DNA of 63,393 bases, the filler included, from Craspedostauros australis (taxonomy: Eukaryota), in the NCBI GenBank assembly GCA_030167865.1. It is 21 parts of 21 records of this genome, joined end to end, with 100 filler letters (N's around TTAATTAATTAA, not from the genome) between each part and the next. Parts side by side here need not be neighbours in the genome. Positions count along the whole stretch, not along the records: positions 35,076 to 39,900 come from JALAGF010000270.1; positions 40,001 to 43,599 come from JALAGF010000271.1; positions 43,700 to 46,418 come from JALAGF010000273.1; positions 46,519 to 48,234 come from JALAGF010000274.1; 17 more parts are not named here. The stretch is one strand, 5' to 3'. Position 1 is the stretch's first letter, and the number at the start of each line of letters is the position of its first letter. A program made the translations under genes and the position numbers. A model generated the notes under the pieces. That model saw only the letters and a list, made by a program, of their open reading frames with translations. It had not been told where the DNA came from and made no database searches. Below, piece by piece: positions 35,661 through 48,334 of this stretch.

Positions 35661-36309
35661 TGACGATTCTCAATGGAGCCATTCGCTTTCGTACAGCCAT
35701 ACCACAACACGAGGAACACTTTGAGATACCACAGCAGGATTGGCTGTACTCCGTGTATGGTAACACATCGGAGGAAATCGCGAAGGACGCTCCTGTGCCA
35801 AGAGGCAAGACCGTCAGGACCACTTCATTTGTCGATGCCAACCTCATGCATTGCAAGGAAACTGGTCGATCGGCCACTGGAGTTCTCCATTTCGTGAACC
35901 AAACACCCATCGAATGCTTCTGCAAACGACAGGCCACCGTCGAGACCGCAACCTACGGATCTGAATTCGTTGCAGCACGTCAAGCCACTGAACAAATCAT
36001 ATCCCTTTGTCTTCCTCTGAGGGAGATGGGCATCCCTTTCAATGGTCCCAGTTGGCTGTTTGGTGACAACCAATCAGTCATAACTTCATCCACCATGCCC
36101 ATGAGCATGCTGACCAAGGACACAACGCACTTGCATACCATCGCGTCCGTTCCGCCATCGCATCAGGAACTATCCACTTCATCAAGATCCCTGAAACACA
36201 GAATGTGGCTGCCGTCTTGACGAAGTTCCTACTGTGGGCAGCATCCTGGCCTCTCATCCAACCAATCCTATCCTTGAGAGGTGACACCATCCGCTCACAC
36301 AACAAGTGA
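35661..36309 (+). mobile_element. Copia (CoDi-II-like) RT-end/RNase H remnant, frameshifted
   Basis: DW.YSVYG, FVDANLMHC.ETGRSATG, KRQATVETATYGSEFVAAR and FGDNQSV. Frameshift near 36118 to HNALAYHRVR. Confidence 0.9.
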
Positions 36310-36328
36310 TATCATCGACATGCGCTTC

Positions 36329-37375
36329 GGGGAGTAATAACGCATTGAACACTCCAACTACACTCGTCATTGGTACCATGTGAATGAGTCGTGTGGTATT
36401 CGTGTACCATAGGACAAATACTGATGCAGTCATGAGACTCTTCGTGTGTGATGAATCGTAATGTCTTGATATCCGCAATTGCCGCAACCCCCATGTGGGA
36501 TCGCTTTCTCGTCTCACAGACTGACTTGCAATTCAGATATATTGACTCCTCAATTCCACACCATCTTGTTGACACCTTGCAATTCAGATATATTGGTTCA
36601 TCCAATAGATCTGAATAAGAAGTCCTCAATTGCACAGCTTCAGAATTATGGCAGTGCTGGTCATTGTGGACCGGAACGTGCTATCAACATCTAGAGCGAA
36701 ATTAGGTACCCATCTCCCATGACTGAAACGTGATTCATTATTTTTGATTCGACTCGATTTGAGAGTATTGTCGAGTGAGTCTTGATTACACGATTGATAT
36801 TCAGTCACTACTGTCATCGAACATGACGTAGGCACTGACATCATCGTATGACGTCAGAGGATCGGTCATTGTGATCCTCGGAATCGAGATTATATTTTAG
36901 TCATGGTATGCTGACCTGTCTAGCCTAGCCGAATGCATCATCGAGCACGTGGCAACAACATTTAGGATCCAGAATAACATCGTCAGAGGTGATGCATGCA
37001 CCTTGTCGACGTAGACGGATCGATCCATATGTGATCAAACAGAGATCAGGACTGGCTATGACCAGGAGAGGTGAAGAAACACCCAAGGGTGAGAATAACA
37101 CGAGATATCGTGTAAATCAACATGCCATCTTGGGCAATGTTTTAGGAAAGACTGCGAGATAAACCACGAGGTAATCGAGCAGCATGTTAGCAACCGTGCA
37201 ATAGGCACCATCATTAGAAATAGGAGATCATCATCTCGTAATCCAAACTCAATCATCAATTGACTACAACTAACTTAGAACACAACAAACACCAAACATT
37301 CCAACTCCACCTGACGGATTGATCACCCTGGCGGCGTAGTAAGTGCAGTGTTTGGTGCCCTTGACTTGTATTGAA
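36329..37375 (+). mobile_element. Polypurine tract (GGGGAG) and putative 3' LTR of the Copia remnant
   Basis: The PPT lies 20 bp after the RNase H stop, and the distal half matches 35160-35660. The right boundary is approximate. Confidence 0.6.
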
Positions 37376-37725
37376 TTGCTGATTATCACGTGCCATCTGT
37401 TCTTGCTTTCACCTCTGCACTTGAAAACATGCATTCCCCACACATGTGGATCCAAACATTGTCAGGACGTCATTTCACAGCAGTATCGTTGCGAGCAACT
37501 TGTGCAATCTCGTTTCTTCCATCATCATCTTGAATTGCACTCTTCATGCTCACAGTTCTGACTTCAACAGATCAGAATTGGGCCAGCTTTCTTCACTATC
37601 ATAACAATCACTTACTTGAGCCCAACACAATACACAACAATCTACATACTTCATTGTCGATTCTGGTCTTTATTTATTTGGTTCAAGTACCCTGTACCAT
37701 ATTCTTTTCTATCACACCACATCAA

Positions 37726-38490
37726 ATGGTTTCCCAATCATGTAGAACCATGAATTCATCCGGTGTGACTCCACCATATCACATCCCAAAGGAACAGCTG
37801 GACATCTACAAAGCAGCAGTGCCAACCATCAGTTTACAGTTTGGCAAGGAATACATCACAAGAGAGTCAGCCATTGTCATGCCTCTCAAAGGGAAGCCTG
37901 TACACGAGAAAATCGTTGATGTCCCAGCAGTTGCATGTGATGCCATCGCCAACGCCATCAGGCAAGTGCTTGCACAGGAGGGAATCGATCCCATCGATGC
38001 AGCAAAAGAAGCTGGCAGCAACAGCACACACAATGCCAACACCAATGGGACACAAGAGATGGCTGGTCATCCAATCCATCTAGAGGAAGGACAAGCCATT
38101 AAATCGTCCACCTTGACCACTGCGCTCTCCCTCAAGGCAGCAGAGAAGTTGGAAGAATGGTATACGGTGGGCAAGAAATGCCCAGCACAAAAGAAAACGG
38201 CTGTTGCCATCCACAGGGAGCTGATAGAACAGTATTTGCAACATGATTGGGTTCTTCAGCCAGATTCCAACAGCGTTGAGCACGATAGGTTGTCTTTTCT
38301 TGAGCTTGATGAAGATGCAGTAGTCACATTTGAAGGGAATGAGCAGGTGATCACCATCGTGGGCTCAGCTATACGCCGTGCAATCGATACTTTTGGTGCC
38401 CCAGATGGTCATCATCCTTTTGTCTGGCTTACTTGCGTCTGCTTTGTCTTCCTGGAGATGGAAGTAACAGAAGCCAAGGTGGTTGCCTGA
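37726..38490 (+). CDS. Hypothetical protein of unknown family
   Basis: Open frame of about 250 aa with globular-like composition and no recognised motif. Confidence 0.35.
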   Translation: MVSQSCRTMNSSGVTPPYHIPKEQLDIYKAAVPTISLQFGKEYITRESAIVMPLKGKPVHEKIVDVPAVACDAIANAIRQVLAQEGIDPIDAAKEAGSNSTHNANTNGTQEMAGHPIHLEEGQAIKSSTLTTALSLKAAEKLEEWYTVGKKCPAQKKTAVAIHRELIEQYLQHDWVLQPDSNSVEHDRLSFLELDEDAVVTFEGNEQVITIVGSAIRRAIDTFGAPDGHHPFVWLTCVCFVFLEMEVTEAKVVA

Positions 38491-39531
38491 AGTAAAACAC
38501 CTGCTGCCACATGTTTTGGCATGCTTGAACAGAAACAGAGATAGCAAGGCATACAATACCTCCATTCTTCTCCATGCCCAGAGCTTTCCAAGACACCTTC
38601 CACAGCGCACCAGCTGCTAAAATTTGGCTTCCGTTGTTCTTACCTTGGGACTACAAGACTTGTCTTGAGAACGAAGGAAAGGTGCTAACGTCTTTGGCAT
38701 TTGTGATGCGAGAATCCGGCGACTGGATGCAAAAATGTCATTCACGTTGTTCGAATTGCGTTGTGAGGAACGCTAGTAGCGTCATATCTCGGTGGGGACC
38801 GCCTCCGTGCATTTGATATCGCACAACCACCTCCTTGCCTGTTTCCGAACCAATGGTCATGCAGAGACTTTCGAGGTTAGGGATCTCGAGGTAACAGAAG
38901 AAACCCACAAGGTTGTACTTTGGTTTCTTCTTGTGCTCCTTCTTGCTCCCAGTTATCCCCATGGCCTCGAAGTAGAATTGACCCTTCACTCACAAAATGT
39001 TCTCTGGGATGTGAGGATAGCGACGTTTCCCATTCTCGTTGATGACTTGTTTGTAGGTGCTCACAAGTGCCTCCTCCATGCGTCCACATGTTCAATAGGT
39101 ACGAGATAGGCTTTGCCCCTGGCCCCTATGAAAGAACAAGTCATCAATCAGTGCAACCACATTAGTTGCAATAACCATGGTCTTGTCCAGATGATTCCTT
39201 TTCTGGGGGTGATGGGCTACTGAGACGACACTATACTCAAGAACTTCTTGAATATTGTCGCAAGTAAACAGGACCCAAAATCACTTCTCCTCCATGAGGG
39301 CAATCAGCACTTGGGTATGGTTGAACTGTTTGGCCAACACCCAAAATACACAAACCTCATTTGCCCAAGCCGCACCATTGAGGTTCGTCACCTTCGCAAG
39401 GGGCGGCAATATTAGGTTCATTTCAAAGTAGGTCGTATCCACCGCAAAGCCTCTATTAAGTCATCAGTTCTGAGAAAGGTATGAGGAGAGAGTGGATATT
39501 CTGGCAAATTCTGGTGTGACTGTAAGATTTC

Positions 39532-39900
39532 TTGATGTGGTTGGATCATTGATGTGAGTTGGATCATTGATGTGAGTTGGATCATTGATGTGGTTGGATC
39601 ATTGATGTGGTTGGATCATTGATGTGGTTGGATCATTGATGTGGTTGGATCATTGATGTGGCTGGATCATTTGGATAGTTGTATTATTGTGTGCTGTTGC
39701 AACACGATCCGGAAGGGAAGACCTTCCTGACTGCCAGTTTCAGTGAAACTGTTGATTCAGTTAGGAGGGAAAGACTGTCTGGGAAGTAGTAGGATTGACA
39801 ATGAGTAGATTAGTATGGTTGTGCTGATCTTGGGTTGTGCTGATCTTGGGTTGTGCTGATCTTGGGTTGTGCTGATCTTGGGTTGTGCTGATCTTGGGTT
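39532..39900. repeat. Minisatellites: 17-bp (TTGATGTGGTTGGATCA) about x8 at 39532-39672, and 16-bp (GGTTGTGCTGATCTTG) x5 at 39818-39900
   Basis: Read directly. The units are contiguous with no spacers. Confidence 0.95.
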
Positions 39901-40001
39901 NNNNNNNNNNNNNNNNNNNNNNNNNNNNNNNNNNNNNNNNNNNNTTAATTAATTAANNNNNNNNNNNNNNNNNNNNNNNNNNNNNNNNNNNNNNNNNNNN
40001 T

Positions 40002-40450
40002 CACTGCACAGCATTTGAGGACAACTCCGGTGCCCTCGAACTCGCCAACGCACCCAGAATGCGTCCTCGTACCAAGCACATCAACGTCAAATACCATCAC
40101 TTCCGTGAAGCTGTCAGTAAAGGGCTCATCACCATCGAAAAGGTCGACACGTTGGACCAGATGGCTGACATATTCACCAAGCCCTTGGCACGCCCACTAT
40201 TCGAATCTCTGCGATTGCGATTATTGGGATGGTAAGCGCGGTCCGCCCGTGCCACCGACAAGAGGGAGTGTGCAGATTTAGTGCCAATTCCCGAATCTGG
40301 CCGAATCCGAACAATGAGTGTCGATGGACAGACGATACCGCACAAACCACGCGTAGGATCCACGTTGAGCAAATGACCGCTCCGCACAGTCATAATTTTC
40401 AGAACAGACAGGTTTCACCCCCCCAACACCTCCGGTCACGTGAAAAACCT
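40002..40450 (+). mobile_element. Copia RNase H C-terminus (to TAA at 40235), PPT (AAGAGGGAG, 40260-40268) and start of the 3' LTR (TG at 40269)
   Basis: FEDNSGALELANAPRMRPRTKHINVKYHHFRE...DQMADIFTKPL...LLGW*. This frame is not in the ORF track. The LTR end is uncertain. Confidence 0.9.
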
Positions 40451-40849
40451 GCACAATGGTGCACTGAACGTGATTGGCCATCACGAGGTCTTCACCAGAG
40501 TTGGTTGTGTTCCAAGGAGACCTCGTGGTTTTGGATACCTTTTTCTGTTGTGTCGTTTTGCATGTCGCCTGACGACCAAGTCGACTGCAGACAACTCCAC
40601 AGGTCGTGAGTGACAGTCGTGATTGCACGTCCACCATCCATCAACAACATGAACCAACAAGACCCCACACGAAATCAAAAACAGAAATGTCGATGTCGAG
40701 ACCGAGAAGAGAGGAAAGGGAGGACTGAGGAGCATCGACAAGGCCGCTCGCGGGGAGGTGATGTGCCTGGCCATCAGCAAAGGATCCCTTGGATAGCGGA
40801 ACTATCAACACTTCTGAGCAACCTCACGATCGAAAGAGAAAGATTGAAG

Positions 40850-43599
40850 ATGGCGAAGGCAAGCACGATGGAGGTCGATCAATCATCGGATTCATCGTCC
40901 GATGAAAGCGACGTGAATGGGTCGCAGATGAGAGGAAACGACGATCTTGATGATGACGAAGAAGAAGAACAGCAGCAGCAGCAACACCAACAACAGCTGC
41001 AACCACAGACCCTGTTGTCGAAATCGTGGGCGATTTCGAAAGCTCATGTGCCCACTTTTTCAGGAGGGAAGGTGATGCACAGCTACCCGACTCGACAAGG
41101 AAGAAGCAAAGCCAATCCCCCGTCTGCCAAGACGGATGAGACGGAGGGCGAGGGACAAGAAGAGGACAAAGCCATCCAGTTCCTGCTGATGCCTATCGAT
41201 GGTGATGTTGCCATCGTCGATGCCATGAAGGGTGTCAAACTTCGCACGTTGAGAGGTGGCGACGATGACAGGATCATCTCGGCAGACAACGACGACGATG
41301 AAGACGAGACCATCGACCAGGATGCGATCACGTCCTACACGCTGTCACGCAACAATCAGTTCGTGATGACGTGCTCCAGAAATCAGCTCATTCGAAGGTA
41401 TCGCGTCCACACCACGTCGACATCTGTGTCGATCGAATTGAGCAAGACGTGGGGAAAGTCGGGGCACACTTTGCCAGCTACCCACATGGAACTGCACCCT
41501 TCCAACGTCTTCCTTGCGACTGGATCCGTGGATGGAACTGTTCGTATCTGGGATGTGCGCGGTGCCTTCGTCACGCATGTGTTCCGCCCCGTCGCCGGCG
41601 ATGGATCCACCGGTGGCAGTGGCATGCTCAGCGTCACCTCCCTGAAATGGCAGAATGATGCCGGCGAATTGATTGTGGCCATTGCGCGTGATGATGGCAG
41701 CATCACGACACACGATCTCAGGGATCCCGACCATCTCACCGTGCTGCGTGATCATGACACGTCCGTCACTTGTATGGATTGGATGAATGCATCCTTCTTC
41801 ATCTCAACTGGTCGAGATGCCGTTATCAACCTCTGGCGCATCACCGTCGAAGATCTATCGGCATCCTCCTCCAAAGAGAAGCGCAAGACGAGAGGGAAAA
41901 AGCACAAATCCAAGCAGCAGCAACAGCAAGCGAACATCAAGAGGAGACTGTACCGTCGCATCCAAACGTTGCCCGTTTACGAGCAGGTGGAAGGTATGGC
42001 GTTGATCTCCGACAGCGTTCCCGACGAGATGATGGTCGCCACAACAGGAAACAAAGGCGTGGTGCGAGTGTGGAAGACGCACATCGGCTCAACGAGGCCG
42101 CCAACGCTGCGATTGTTCCTGGAGCAGCCCAAGGAGGAGGCCTTTGGAGAAGATCGTGGAGGTTATCTGTGCATGCTATTCAATGAGGACGCGCTCGCGA
42201 CTGCCGAGGATGGCGACGGGAACGAGAATGACCAACTCATTGTGGTGGACTCAGAGCACAACCTTTCATTCCTGTCATCGGTCCTAACGCTCGACCGCAC
42301 CATCGTGGGACACAATGATGAAACCCTTGACCTCAAGGTCATCCCGAACAGTCTCACGAAGATCGTCGTGGCAACGAACAGCCCCCAAATCCGCATCCTT
42401 GAGCTGGAGAACTTTTCCTGCGATGTTCTGTATGGCCACACGGCAACAACTCTGTGCGTTGCAGTCAGTCCGTGCGGAAGACTCATTGCAAGTTGCGGCA
42501 AGGACAGGGCAATGCGTATCTGGGATGTCGATTCCAAGAAGTGCGTTGCCATGGCCAGCGGACACACGGAGCCCATTGGAGCATGCGGGTTGTCACAGAA
42601 ATTAGGCCGCTACGAAGTCACGGGCAAGGCCACCCTTAACGGAGGAGGGGCATTTGCGATCACCGCAAGTCTAGACAAAACCCTGAAGAAATGGAATCTC
42701 CCCGGAGCGCCTGAATTGGTGGACGTAACAAAGACGACGAACCTCGTCGCGGCTGAAAGCGTCAGGGGCCACGACAAGGATATCAACATCGTCTCCGTCG
42801 CGCCCAACGACTCCATCGTTGCCGCCGGATCTCAAGACAAGACCGTGAAGCTGTGGAACGCGACCGATCTCAAGCTCAGGGCCACCCTGAAGGGTCACCG
42901 ACGCGGTGTGTGGGATTGCCAATTCTCACCCATCGACAGGGTCCTCGCGACATCCAGCGGCGATAGCACCATCAAGCTTTGGTCTCTTGGTGACTACTCG
43001 TGCGTCCGCACCTTCCAGGGGCACGTTGCCAGCGTGTTGCGCTTTCGATTCCTCCGCACAGGACTCCAGCTGATGTCCGCCGGTGGCGATGACCTTATCA
43101 AGCTGTGGGCCATTCGCAGCAACCAGTGCGAAACAACACTGGACGGCCACTCCAACAAGGTATGGGCGCTGGATCTGTGCGAGGATGGCGCCACGGCAAT
43201 CAGCGGTGGAGCTGATTCCAAGATTCTGCTGTGGAGGGACGACACCCAGGCCGTGGAAGATGATCGCAAGGCGAAGGAGGCGGAGAGCACCCTTTTGGAA
43301 CAGCAGCTGGCGAACCACATGCGCCACAAGGAATTCGGCAAGGCTCTGAAGTTGGCGTTGCAAGCCAACAAACCGTTGCAGGCGCTGAAGGTGATCAACT
43401 CCCTGATCGAGTCCAGTCTGCAGAAGAAGCACAATCCGCTTGTCGTGCTGCAGGCGCACGTCAAGTCATGGAGCATGGAGCAAACAGCGAAGGTTCTGAA
43501 GTACTGCCGCGAATGGAATACAAGAGCGCGCAATTCACATGTCGCCATGCTGTTGGTCAAGGCAGTCACAACGACGATCTCAGTTCAAAGACTGGCATG
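40850..43599 (+). CDS. UTP13: U3 snoRNA-associated protein 13 / transducin beta-like 3 (WD40), 3' end missing
   Basis: Motifs PTFSGGK, GHNDETLDL, VATNSPQIR, GHDKDIN..VAPND, LKGHRRGVW..FSP and the Utp13-domain motif WNTRARN. Confidence 0.92.
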
Positions 43600-43699
43600 N
43601 NNNNNNNNNNNNNNNNNNNNNNNNNNNNNNNNNNNNNNNNNNNTTAATTAATTAANNNNNNNNNNNNNNNNNNNNNNNNNNNNNNNNNNNNNNNNNNNN

Positions 43700-44607
43700 T
43701 AGCCACTCTCCTTTACCTCTCTCAAGGCATCGACGACCTCTCGTGTTTTGACACCACTCGAGTACCCGAAGGCATTCCAGGACACCTTTTCGCGAGGCTT
43801 CGTGTCCTGCTTCGTCGACAGTCCATCCTGATCGAGCGCCAGCGTGAAGATCTCCCGACGTTGTATTCCCGACTCGGTGAGGCTGTGCACCAGGCTGATG
43901 AAGTCCGTCCTATTCCAATGCTCCAGGAAGGACATGAGCACATCGAGCGAAGCGTAAACGTCCGGCATGACCATGGAGGTGAAGGGTCCCTTCTCCTGGG
44001 ACGCCACGCCCTCGTTGTACGCGCGGGACACGACTTGCGGGATCTGGGCAGAGGTCGCTATCGACTGCAGCTCCAAGGCGGGCCCGTCATTGTAGGGACC
44101 GACCAAACCACATGGAAAGTCTCGGCCGCTGGAAACTAGTGCTTGAGCCGCGGCGTGCCCCACAGTTCCGGTGTCAATCGCACGGCTGTTGTTCGTGTCG
44201 AACTTGACTGGACAATCATGGTACAAGATGAGCTCCGGTACCAGGCTGGAGTCCCTCTCGTTGAAGGCGCGGGTGGCAATCACCGACGACACCAGCTGGT
44301 TGTAGCCTGGGTTGTCCTCACCTTGCGCATTGAAGAATGGCTTTGCCGCCACCTTTGTGTTGTTGTTGGTGTTGATTGTGGTGAACGGCATGAAGCTGTA
44401 GATGGAGCACTTGTAGTCGTTCGCGGATGATATTCTGGTGGGTACTTGCTTTGTGGTGGATGCCTCAACGTCCACTGCTTGCGCGAATGGCCACGAACCG
44501 TGTCGATGCAGAGCATGTGGCTTCTCATCCGCAAGCAACATCACCACGATCACGGCGATTGCGCAGGCAAATCTTCGCATCGCCATCGTTGACTTCTTCA
44601 TCAGCAT
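43700..44607 (-). CDS. N-terminal periplasmic-binding-protein-like (ANF receptor) ligand-binding domain of a receptor (class C GPCR or receptor cyclase), partial
   Basis: Hydrophobic leader, then A..AFNERDSSLVPEL, CGLVGPY, AQIPQVVS and FLEHWNRTDFISLVH. Confidence 0.65.
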
Positions 44608-46518
44608 GCAGTTCCGGTTCTTGCTGCTGGCCTCGCCCCTTGTCGTCGCGGTGTTGGTTCCCGCAAGTGATGATGCTCGTGATGATGATCAGGATGATGA
44701 TTGGGATGATGGAAGCGATGGCAGTGTTCTGTGGAGTGGTGGATGCGAAAGACAGTGAATGATCTTTGAGCAATGGCTTTGGACGTCGTTTGTGGATGAT
44801 GGTTGGCACGTTCTGTACGTACTCCAGTGGAGCATAAGTTGAGTATGGCAGAGATGAACGCAGAGCGTATTGGTAAGTTCTGGGATTGTTATTGTTATTG
44901 TTATTGCTCGTGGGTATTGGTGTTGGCAGGTGTGGCATGAATGGTGCGAGCGGGTGCACCGTTGCTGTTCGCGATGATGACATTTCGGCTCCTCTTTGAG
45001 GAGGCGTCGCACCATGCGCCATGAAGGGGCGTTCGTTGTTCCACAACATTCGCATCGCGTGGTCGCAGTGATCGAGCTGAGAGAGATGCGAACTGTTGCT
45101 CGCAGCAACAAGGACACATCAAACGCCACGATTCGCCGGATGGATGTTCTGTTTCGAAGAGTGTGTTGGTGGAAGCGGTAGTAAGAATATATATTGCACA
45201 AATCGGATATAACGGCTGTTTTCCGTTGTTGATAAGGGGCACAATTGAAGTTGGTGCGGTAGCCGTTTGCACGATCGGATTCGCGAGGCTGTGAAGGCAC
45301 TCAACTTGCGATCAGTCGTGTGCCGTTGCACCACATCCCGACCTGAATCATCGTGTTTGATCCAATCGATTGTTGTTCACGAACCGGACCAACAAGCTGG
45401 TGCTAGTCTTCCATGTTCTGCATGACTTGAAGGTAGCGTGTCTACCCAGCAATTACTCCACGCCACAGCACAACAAGTAGTCTCTCAAACTGATTGGTAA
45501 GAGCAAGAGTGCTTTGGACGCGCGTTTTACGAACAAACCAACAGCTTTCGCGTACTAGAATACGAGGATGCGATTCACTGACGCGAGCAACAACCAGAAA
45601 GGCCATTGCCGCGTGAACACAGAGGAAGGCACAAACACGACCGCTACAAGAATCCAACGAAGACGGCAGCCCTGTTTGGAATCGTTCACCACCTTGTCTC
45701 GCTGCTTTATCGCACTCTCTCTCTCTCTCGTTGTTCCGACAATTAGCTCGTTCCTGTGGTAGGTGGTGGGAGGAACATTTGCTCCCACAGGCGAAGCAAA
45801 CATTGTGCGTTGTTGTTTCCACCTCCCGAAACAGCCTTTGTTGAGTGCGTGATACTGTCTGGAGATGGACGGATGAAACATCACTAGAATAAAACAGGCC
45901 GCCATTGATGCGGACGAACCACTCTGCACAGCAAAGCCTAAACAAGGAGCGCGAATTGTTCTCGCCCACAAGCGATAGCGCGCCAGCAAGGGGAGAGCAA
46001 AAGTGCTGTGCTGGGATTCGTCCCCGCATTCGCCAGGTCCCAAACACTTGCTTCATCAACGCCAACAAAAGGCGGAGAAGAAAGCGGAACAAGCAGCAAC
46101 AGAACAAACCACAAACGACGTCTCCATTCGATACGAGCAACTCGCACACGACCAATGATTGTAAAGACGCTCTCAGAATAACCAGTGTCATTCAGTAACC
46201 AGGGTGCAGAAGCAACCAACGAAGACGAAACAAGCGCGTACCGCCATAGGTACACTATTTCTCCAAATATTTAATTACTCTCCTCGGGCTTGTCTCCGTC
46301 TTTCGCTGGTCTAGTGACCCGTCGTGCCTGGCTCCTTGGGGCTTCCAGTGTCATCGAACAAACACATATAGCCGCTTCACAAAGGCCGCTTAACAGGACC
46401 AACGGAGAATCATGAGGCNNNNNNNNNNNNNNNNNNNNNNNNNNNNNNNNNNNNNNNNNNNNTTAATTAATTAANNNNNNNNNNNNNNNNNNNNNNNNNN
46501 NNNNNNNNNNNNNNNNNN

Positions 46519-47040
46519 CAGAATCCTCGAATATGACGAAAGAATCTCGGAATCTTCAGAAACAAATAATCTACCGATCGAGAGGAATCTAACGTCAGTG
46601 GGGACGTGAGGAACAGAACATGAACGTCAGCAGAGGAGCAAGACCAGATATATATGGATGAGAGGAACCACTTAGGTAAGACGTCAGGATTAGAGACTGA
46701 CGCAATCGAGTTCCTGAATCTCTGTCTGACACAACCAAGACCAAATAAGACAACAACACGACGAACTGCGGGAAACTGGCGCAGGTCGAGGATTCACATC
46801 GCGGTGGATCGTTAGGAATTAGGAAATGATCTGACTCAATAGGAGTCAGAACTACACGAGTTTGCAGGGCAACTGGAGATTGACATGAGTTGACTTTTGA
46901 CAGACAAGTCNNNNNNNNNNNNNNNNGAGAAAGAGGAATCACCAACCTACAAACCCGGGATAACAGAACAACTAACTTAGTGAACCAATTGTAGCCCCAC
47001 CCGGTCTACATGAGCAACAGGATTGAGACCTGTTTCAACA
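46519..47040. mobile_element. LTR of a retrotransposon (terminus ...TTCAACA) inserted in a coding sequence
   Basis: Canonical TGTTG/CAACA terminus. The last 82 bp are the reverse complement of 62018-62099. Confidence 0.85.
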
Positions 47041-48234
47041 GATGGAAACAATCGCACTCTTCGACTTTCCGTTGGTTTTATCGATGACTGCGGTTGCAAG
47101 GTCGGCACAGCGTTGTGCCATCGCTTGGTCTCCTGTCATGGCCATCATGACACCATAGGCTCCGAAAGCAGGTGCCGCGTCTTCGGTAATGCCGTACCGA
47201 ATGGTGCACTGAATCATCCTGAACAGATTGAAGAGGCACGGAACCATCTTGCGGATGAGGTTGGAGCGAATACCAAAGTCGGTACCGATCCTCATGCTGT
47301 AGATCTGGCCAGGATCTGTCATCAGCGGCAAGGACATGATCTGCTCGTTCGTGTTCTTCTTCAGAAACGACTTGATATCCAGCAGCATCTTGGCGCTGCG
47401 CAGCAAGTGCCATCTCTTCGGGAACTCTTTCATTGCTCGGAGCGCTCGTTTGTCGAGTTGTTGGGCGTCCAGATGACGATTTTCCCTGCCCAGCGCCTTG
47501 GTCATCGCGAAGTACGTGGGGAGCTTGTCCTCAAGCGACCGAGCCCTCTCCAACACTTCGTAGCCGAGCTTGTATCCAACCTCGAAGTGGCTCAACGATA
47601 GCTCCACATCACAGCGAGCGTGGTACAGTCGCAAGCACGCGTCGTAGTGCTCTGCATTGTTCCATGCTGATCGATGAGCAGCTTGTTGGGTGGAAGAAGT
47701 GCTTCTGCTACTGCTGCTGCTACTACTGCTACTGCTGATGGAGTTGGTAGTATTGGCGGCGAGGGAAGTATGGTTCTTCACTCGACGCAAGGCGGTGAAC
47801 GCCTTCTCCAAGTAGCTGGATGCCGATTCCAAGGCTCCCATCTGCAACGCCTTCTCGCCAACCTCGAGGTTCATCATGACGGTGAACATGTGGTCCTTGG
47901 TCTGGACACTGTTGAGATGATCAACTGCCACGAAGAGAAGGCCTTCGATCTCGTTCAATCGTGAGGATGATGACTTGGATGGTTTCGTTTGCGAGGTAGA
48001 GTGCGTTGACTGCGCTGATTGTGCCGATTGCGCTGCCATGCTGCGCTGATGCAACCGCTTATGGCATGGTGCCTTGGACTTGGCATGCACGTCGCCACCG
48101 TCATTCTCCTTCAAAGGATCGTCGTCATTCCGTCCAAGCCGGTAGTTCTTCAGCAGGCAGTGGCCGATGCGCAACCGCAGCTTGTCACGGACCTCGCCAC
48201 GAGGGATCATTCCATGCGCAGCCTGCTGGATGCG
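47041..48234 (-). pseudogene. Helical C-terminal region of a predicted AAA/STAND-like ATPase-fusion protein, interrupted by the LTR
   Basis: SMIP..RDKLRLRIG..LL, LFVAVDHLN, NLEVGEKA..GALESASSYL and YGITEDAAPAFGAYG. The frame runs into the LTR. Confidence 0.65.
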
Positions 48235-48334
48235 NNNNNNNNNNNNNNNNNNNNNNNNNNNNNNNNNNNNNNNNNNNNTTAATTAATTAANNNNNNNNNN
48301 NNNNNNNNNNNNNNNNNNNNNNNNNNNNNNNNNN

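Noticed and set aside
39532..39900. CRISPR-like or telomeric array (also 35076-35159 and 16793-16826)
   Set aside because: The units are contiguous with no unique spacers, there are no cas genes, and the units are not TTAGGG-like.
40610..40849. 80-aa N-terminal extension of UTP13
   Set aside because: It begins at a GTG in a eukaryote and is not kept in frame in the other copy. ATG 40850 is the likelier start.
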